From a virus, in the IMG/VR virus record IMGVR_UViG_3300023212_000537, positions 1 through 64,000 of that record: a stretch of DNA of 64,000 nt. One strand, given 5' to 3'. Position 1 is the first letter of the stretch; each line of letters starts with the position of its first letter. A program made the translations under genes and the position numbers. The notes beneath the pieces are model-generated. The model did no database searches. It saw nothing but the letters and a program-made list of their open reading frames with translations, and was not told the origin of the DNA. Positions 58,148 through 64,000 of the stretch are shown here, piece after piece.

Positions 58148-59487
58148 TTATACAAAAAGATTTTCAAAAAGCACATATAAATCCTTTTTCTTATGGATTT
58201 GACGCAAAGTATGCGAATCTTCCCCATCAGTTTATTCCTGTTGGACAAATTCAAAGTGCATTTGGTGGCCAGAATGCACCATTAAGTTATGGAAATCAGT
58301 CTCCAAGTAATCCGAATGCACTCTATAACGCGGGAACTCCGCAATATAGTCTTCCTAATCCTGGAAATGTACAAATCAATTCGCAGGGAAATCTTCCATC
58401 AAGTTCTTATTCTGCTCCATCTGGTGGAGGAGGTACTGATTATCAGGCGCAATGGAAAGCAGCAGGTCATGCAGGAACAGCACCTGTTGGCTATCATGGA
58501 GAATCGACGGGAGGAGGCGGAGGTTCTGGAATTGGATCAAATTATAATGCGACAAGAGCTGCAATGCAATCAGGGCAAATTCCTTGGGATGATAATGTAT
58601 TATCACGGATATGGCAATCTGACCCAGCACAACAGCAACAATTAGCACAGCAAATTGAAAATGTTTTTACTCCCTACTCACAATATTTGAGTAATCTTGC
58701 AACAAATATTATTCCTCAAGGTGCTGCTGAATCAACACAGAATGTACAAAATCAATATCAGTCACAAGTTGGGCTTTTACCAGGACAGCAACAGGAATTA
58801 TTAAATCCTATTCAAATCGGTGAACAACAGGTAGGGCAACGAGTTACATCAGCAGCCGATCAAGCACTTCAGGCATTTCGAGCACTTGGCCAACAGGCAC
58901 AAGCTGGATTTGGAGGACAAACATCAACAGGTGGTGCGCTTTCTGAACTTGCACAACAGGAATATCTTCGTGGCGCAAGAGAAAGAGAAAATTTTCAAAA
59001 TACCGCAGGACTTACTTTTGAAGGACAGCGCACGCAAGTCGCTAACTTCATTGCGCAAAAACACGCAGATTTAGATAACTGGTTAAATGAAGCAAAATTA
59101 TCAATTCAATCTAATATGCGTAATCAGCTTGGCCAGATTAATCAACTACAGGCATTAACAGAGCAGCAAAAACAACAGGCAAAACTGGAAGCATTACAAA
59201 ATACCGTTAATCAGAATCGTGCAATTGAACTTGCCGATAGACAATTCAGACGACAAATTGAATTATTCGGTGGATTAGGAGGGGGAGGACAATCAGCAGC
59301 GCAAATCGGCGGTACGCAATATAATATGCAGCCATTCCAGAATCAGCTTGGCTATCTTTTATTGAATTCGCAAACACCGAATGTTCCTTTGAATTTCCAG
59401 TTTCAAAATACCATTCCGCAAGCGCAACAACTCGCAGGAGGTATTGGTCAACCGATGAGATTTGATGAAACAGCTTTGCAATATTAA
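58144..59487 (+). CDS. Q/G/N-rich internal virion-like protein (447 aa)
   Basis: ORF track; low-complexity N-terminal half, coiled-coil C-terminal half. Confidence 0.55.
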   Translation: MIIQKDFQKAHINPFSYGFDAKYANLPHQFIPVGQIQSAFGGQNAPLSYGNQSPSNPNALYNAGTPQYSLPNPGNVQINSQGNLPSSSYSAPSGGGGTDYQAQWKAAGHAGTAPVGYHGESTGGGGGSGIGSNYNATRAAMQSGQIPWDDNVLSRIWQSDPAQQQQLAQQIENVFTPYSQYLSNLATNIIPQGAAESTQNVQNQYQSQVGLLPGQQQELLNPIQIGEQQVGQRVTSAADQALQAFRALGQQAQAGFGGQTSTGGALSELAQQEYLRGARERENFQNTAGLTFEGQRTQVANFIAQKHADLDNWLNEAKLSIQSNMRNQLGQINQLQALTEQQKQQAKLEALQNTVNQNRAIELADRQFRRQIELFGGLGGGGQSAAQIGGTQYNMQPFQNQLGYLLLNSQTPNVPLNFQFQNTIPQAQQLAGGIGQPMRFDETALQY

Positions 59488-59496
59488 CGAATATGT

Positions 59497-62400
59497 ATGG
59501 ATTTCAATTTACCTTCAGCAGTAGGATCAGCATTTAATGCATTTAAAAATATTGGCAGCAATATTGAAGATACTATTGGCAATGCCGCAAGTGCTTTTGG
59601 TCAATCTCTACAAAATGAATACCAGCAACAGATTCAACCCGCAATACAACAGGGAATAAATAATTTTACAGGAAATCTTGCTGATCTTTCTGTTCCTTAT
59701 TTTGCCGAGCAATTTCCTCAAACGACTGAAGATGTAACAAGAAATATTGTTAATCAAGTAGGGCAAACAGGAATACTTGGCCCAATTGGCACAAATCCTG
59801 TAACAAGAGATTTCTTAGGAAGAACAGTTGGTGGATTGGAAAAAGGATTTGCTCAGGGAGTAACAGCACCATTGACAAATAAACCTCTCATTGAGAAGGT
59901 AGGGGATGTGGCAAGTGGCGTTGGTGCTATTGGGTATCCATTACAGTCAGCAGAGATGGGTGTTATCAATCCTGTTTTGACTACAGCAGGAGATCTTTTG
60001 CAAAGAAAATTACCAACAGGAGAAGAATTAGGCGAATCATATTCGCAAGGATTGCAAATGGGAACACAACTTGGTCCTCTTTCTGATATTGCTGCTCCAT
60101 TCTTAACGCCTCTTACTGCACGTTTGGCACCAGAAGGATTAACAGGCGTTGGTTCTGTATTAAGACCAGCACTTGCTCAGGGAATAACAGGAGGCGTTGG
60201 TATGGGAGCATATGGAGCAATGCTTCCTGCGACAAATACACAGGGAAGATTGCAAAATGCGCTTTCTAATTTCATTCAGGGATTTGCTCTTTCCGCAGGA
60301 GGAAGTTTACTTGCTTCAGGATTTAAAGGAGTAAACCGTATAATGCAGCCTGATGATGTTATTGAAACACCAAACGGCATGAAAATCAAAAAAAGCGGCA
60401 TAGATTATTATGCGCAAGTAAAACCCCAAATTGATGCAAATGACGAGGAATATCGAACAGATCCGCAGGTATGGGGTAAACTTATGCCACAGGACAGCTA
60501 TGAGGATTGGTATAAAACCATGGATATGAATCATAGTCTCAAAGGATCGGAAACATTGAAGAATGCGAAAGGATATTTTGCAATGGTTGATCCAAATAGT
60601 ATTCCAAAACATGCTGAAGACAGTACGGGCGTTTTTGATGAACGGCCAATTAGTCAATTCGTTAAAAATAACGGACTGATGGATTTACCCGTTATTCGGC
60701 AAACCTATGATGAGACAGGAAACCCTAATGCTCCTGTTATTACTGATGGGCATCATAGATTTCCTCTTGCAAAAGAATTCAGTGTCACACGGATTCCCGC
60801 AGTTATTTTAGATAACACAAAAGGTCTTCTTTCTGATGCGTTTTATCAAGCAAAAAATAATCCGCAGGCAGGTGAAATTGCGCTTGGCGCAGTTGTTGGA
60901 GGAGGAGGTAAACAAGCTCCTGCTGCTTCTTTACCAATAGAGGAAGCGGGGCGGTCAATAAAATACAATAGCGCATTGCAGGCAGAGCACGTAGGCGCAT
61001 CAAAAGCAACGGTTGATGCAATCAGAAATGCTGATTTATCAAAAGCAAAATCTCTTGATGATATACAAAATAAACTATTACGAACATTAACATCAGAAGA
61101 AAAAAATAATAGAGATATCACTTCCTCAATTACCAACTGGACAGATAACTGGAAAAATTCTTTATTGCAATTTAGAAATAATAAGTTTACCCAGACTGCA
61201 TTAGGAATTACTCCTTTATCAGAAGAAGGAAAAATTTTAACAAAAATGCAAGAAAAAGGGGTAAATGCGCTTTCGCCTACAGAACAGGATACATTAAATA
61301 AAACATTTATGACAAGAATTAAGACGTTGCAACAGCAAGTAAATCCACAGGCAGTTGCCGAGAATTTCTTAGGAATTCCTCTTAGTAGAATGGTAGGTCA
61401 GGGAGGACAATCAGGAAGAGTTAATTTTAATGCAAAAGTCGGTCCTACGATTGTTGGAAAAAATGGGAAAAGCGTTTCTTTATTCGGGGTAAATCAAGCA
61501 GTTGAAAATGCAAAAACTGCGGCTCCTGATGCGGTTGCTGTTGCACAGGATGCGGCAGATACTGTAGGGGGTCGTGTGCAACTTCGTATAAAAAATAGAG
61601 GCGGTCTTGCAGATAAAGTTCTTTCTGATCGTGGACGAACACTTGCTAATAATCCTGATACACTGGCAACAACAGTAATCGCACAGGATAAAAAAGGAAT
61701 CAATCAGGCGCTTGATCAGATAAAACAGGATCCCAGAGTACAAACAGTATTAAAAGATAAAATAAGAACAAATCCCGACACAGGATATGAAGCACGTCAT
61801 CTTCAGGTAAAACTGCAAAATGGACAAACAGAAGAAGTGCAGGGACATACAGAAACATCCGCTGCGCTTCGTGAACAGGGACACGCAAAATATAAAGGAG
61901 GAGAACAAGCACCATTGACAGGACAAGGACCAGGTGAGACAGGAGGAAAAACACCTGCTCCTCCATTTATCGGTGGACAAGCAACAATTAAAGACGCAGA
62001 AAGTCTTCGTTTTGCGACCATGCAAAATATTGAACAACGGGCGCGTATTGCGCAAGATGCAGTAAATAGAGGCGTGCACGGAGCAGATGAAACAGAATTA
62101 TTCAGACAGGCAATTGAACATCCGCAAACATTACCAAAAGCATTGCAGCAAGTTTCCGATCCGCAAAGGTTTCAAAATGCATTAACGGCACACAATAACT
62201 TTTTTGATTATGCGCATAATCTGGCAACACAAAATGGCATGGATATGGGACATATAAAAAATTATTACACGCATATTGTTGATCTTTCAGATCCTGCCAA
62301 AGCAAAACAATTTGAAACACTTTTAGCACAAAGAAGAATCAGCAATTATAGTCCGTTTTTTACTAAAGAAAGAATTTTTAATGATATTAATCAAATGCGT

Positions 62401-64000
62401 GCAGCAGGATTTGATTTGAAAAATCCAACAGTTTCTCAGGATATTCAGGATTATGCAAACGCAGCACGGCTTGGTATTGGCAATCAGGCATTTTTAGCAA
62501 AATTACAACAGGCAGCACCAGGCGAAGTACAACAACTTTCTCATGGTATCCCAATGGATGCGGAAGGAAAACCATTTAATCAATTCAAAGCACCAGGTCT
62601 TCAAAATTGGGGAGCATCGCAGCGAGTATATGATTCAGTGAAAAATGAAATTGAGCCAATGGATATGAATCGTATCACGAAAATAGGAGACGACTTGAAT
62701 ACAGGAATAAAACAATGGAAACTTGCATTGGGAGGATTTCATCCAATTAATATTACAACAAGCGCCATTGGCAATGAAGTAGCAAATTTGCATGTTCCTC
62801 GCCTAGATGAAGGAGCAGCGGCGTTTATGTCGCCGCATTTTATGGCTAATTACCGCGCAAACGCACTGGATAATGGCACTATTGATAAAGCATCAATAAT
62901 GAATGTCTTTCTCTCAAGAAATCCTGATGTGCAGCAAATGGGTGCTGAAACAATGCTTGGGGCAATTCCTGTTGGGAAAATGGGAAAAGCGGCGCAAAAA
63001 TTCAGTCCTATTGATCGATTGAATAACGCAATTTTTGACCGTTTAACAGATTTTTATAAACTTGAGGCAGTCAAACACGCGAATGTTGATCTTTCTACTC
63101 CTGAAGGAGTGAGATCGGCGCAGAAAATCGGTGCGCAAATTAATGATATGTTTTCAGGACCAAACCGCGCAGTGGGCGATTCTATTTTCAGGTCAAAACT
63201 ATCTCAATTATTTGCCCGCACTGTTGCCCTTGCTCCTTCCTATCAGGAAGGAAGATTTCATCAAACAATTTCTGCAATTCGCGCTCCATTAACAGGAAAT
63301 CCTGCTGATTGGTATGCGGCGCGCGCGACTATTGGAAAAATTGCCGCAACTGCGGTTTTGGCAGAAGCGGGAAATTATGTATTCAATCATAAATTGGATA
63401 CAAATTTAAAGGATTTGTATCAAAATGCTTTTTTAAATCCAGGATTTAAACTTCCTTGGCAATCGCCGCAAGGCAAACAGCAATTCGGCACATTACCAGC
63501 AAGCAATCCTTCTGATGTAGTTCGTATTCTAACCGATCCTGAGTATCGAGCACATTTTCCTATTTCCCATTTAGGAGCTGGACTTTCTGAGTTATATCAG
63601 GGGGTGACAGGAAAAGATTATTATGGTCATGATCTCGTTGATCCATTTCAGCAGCCCGATACACCACTTAATCGGGTGAAAGCACTTATTCCCTCATCAC
63701 TTCCTATCGCAGGAGTACAGGCGATTCGTGCACAACCGATTAATCAATTCCTGCAGCCTTATGCACAGCAATTTGGTATTCCTATTGGAAAACCAGAAGA
63801 TGTCAGGTCTGCTCTATTAAATGTTGCAGGGCTTCGTGTCGGAACAGCAAAAACTGATCCAAGCGTTATTTATGCGACAAGCGTTGACAAAATGCTGCAA
63901 GGATTAAATCCAAATGATCAGGCAGCATGGCACACGCTTCATCCACAATCAAAAGACAGTAGCGGCAATAGCGTTCGGGATGCAAATCTTTATACGAAAT
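59497..64000 (+). CDS. giant virion/ejection-type protein (more than 1500 aa, 3' end outside the window) with an embedded ParB/Srx-like motif
   Basis: I read the frame from the ATG at 59497 to the window end without a stop (not in the ORF track because it is open-ended); NPNAPVITDGHHRFPLAKEF at 60721-60780. Confidence 0.7.
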   Translation, partial: MDFNLPSAVGSAFNAFKNIGSNIEDTIGNAASAFGQSLQNEYQQQIQPAIQQGINNFTGNLADLSVPYFAEQFPQTTEDVTRNIVNQVGQTGILGPIGTNPVTRDFLGRTVGGLEKGFAQGVTAPLTNKPLIEKVGDVASGVGAIGYPLQSAEMGVINPVLTTAGDLLQRKLPTGEELGESYSQGLQMGTQLGPLSDIAAPFLTPLTARLAPEGLTGVGSVLRPALAQGITGGVGMGAYGAMLPATNTQGRLQNALSNFIQGFALSAGGSLLASGFKGVNRIMQPDDVIETPNGMKIKKSGIDYYAQVKPQIDANDEEYRTDPQVWGKLMPQDSYEDWYKTMDMNHSLKGSETLKNAKGYFAMVDPNSIPKHAEDSTGVFDERPISQFVKNNGLMDLPVIRQTYDETGNPNAPVITDGHHRFPLAKEFSVTRIPAVILDNTKGLLSDAFYQAKNNPQAGEIALGAVVGGGGKQAPAASLPIEEAGRSIKYNSALQAEHVGASKATVDAIRNADLSKAKSLDDIQNKLLRTLTSEEKNNRDITSSITNWTDNWKNSLLQFRNNKFTQTALGITPLSEEGKILTKMQEKGVNALSPTEQDTLNKTFMTRIKTLQQQVNPQAVAENFLGIPLSRMVGQGGQSGRVNFNAKVGPTIVGKNGKSVSLFGVNQAVENAKTAAPDAVAVAQDAADTVGGRVQLRIKNRGGLADKVLSDRGRTLANNPDTLATTVIAQDKKGINQALDQIKQDPRVQTVLKDKIRTNPDTGYEARHLQVKLQNGQTEEVQGHTETSAALREQGHAKYKGGEQAPLTGQGPGETGGKTPAPPFIGGQATIKDAESLRFATMQNIEQRARIAQDAVNRGVHGADETELFRQAIEHPQTLPKALQQVSDPQRFQNALTAHNNFFDYAHNLATQNGMDMGHIKNYYTHIVDLSDPAKAKQFETLLAQRRISNYSPFFTKERIFNDINQMRAAGFDLKNPTVSQDIQDYANAARLGIGNQAFLAKLQQAAPGEVQQLSHGIPMDAEGKPFNQFKAPGLQNWGASQRVYDSVKNEIEPMDMNRITKIGDDLNTGIKQWKLALGGFHPINITTSAIGNEVANLHVPRLDEGAAAFMSPHFMANYRANALDNGTIDKASIMNVFLSRNPDVQQMGAETMLGAIPVGKMGKAAQKFSPIDRLNNAIFDRLTDFYKLEAVKHANVDLSTPEGVRSAQKIGAQINDMFSGPNRAVGDSIFRSKLSQLFARTVALAPSYQEGRFHQTISAIRAPLTGNPADWYAARATIGKIAATAVLAEAGNYVFNHKLDTNLKDLYQNAFLNPGFKLPWQSPQGKQQFGTLPASNPSDVVRILTDPEYRAHFPISHLGAGLSELYQGVTGKDYYGHDLVDPFQQPDTPLNRVKALIPSSLPIAGVQAIRAQPINQFLQPYAQQFGIPIGKPEDVRSALLNVAGLRVGTAKTDPSVIYATSVDKMLQGLNPNDQAAWHTLHPQSKDSSGNSVRDANLYTK

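Noticed and set aside
1-64000. Alternative genetic code with UGA as a sense codon (two in-frame TGA continuations at 48256 and 56494)
   Set aside because: ORFs of 650-819 aa and the open frame of more than 1500 aa are intact under the standard code. Most genes end in TAA, with TGA clearly used as a stop in overlaps (ATGA). A local read-through or non-AUG start is more plausible than global recoding.

Overview
AT-rich, gene-dense window that reads as a tailed dsDNA phage or prophage genome segment. No rRNA, tRNA or cas genes were recognised by eye.

**Layout**
- 1-21 kb: an early/replication region in alternating strand blocks. It holds a DnaB-like helicase, an initiator-like wHTH protein, Fic, RecG, two ParB/Srx-like genes (one 5'-truncated), an RHH regulator, an AdoMetDC-like plus nicotianamine-synthase-like pair, and an IS110-type Tnp-domain protein that lacks the RuvC half.
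- 21-23 kb: host-physiology genes, namely peptide deformylase and an HD (p)ppGpp-hydrolase-like protein.
- 23-64 kb: a rightward late module.
  - Packaging and head: terS, intein-containing terL ATPase, a separate terL nuclease ORF, portal, scaffold-like protein, and an HK97-type major capsid gene interrupted by an HNH-bearing group I intron.
  - Accessory and tail: a glycosylation island, tail and fiber-like genes, and three more HNH genes.
  - Internal proteins: a run of tiny lysine-rich ORFs and a giant virion protein of more than 1500 aa with an embedded ParB/Srx motif, truncated by the window end.

**Most unusual signal**
Five intergenic arrays, about 43 units in total, carry a bipartite repeat of about 35 bp: TTATTACA-N9-TGCG(N0-7)AGCCAT-N8.
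- Each array is oriented like its flanking genes.
- Each array fills the whole gap from the upstream stop codon region to the downstream start codon or promoter.
- They are neither CRISPR-like nor coding, and I cannot assign them to a described element class.

**Other recurring features**
- Promoter -> short leader -> hairpin+U-tract -> ATG cassettes.
- Apparently leaderless genes (TATAAT-N6-8-ATG).
- A 1.2-kb non-coding stretch with nested palindromes, a candidate origin.

All functional calls rest on motifs read by eye. No database search was run.
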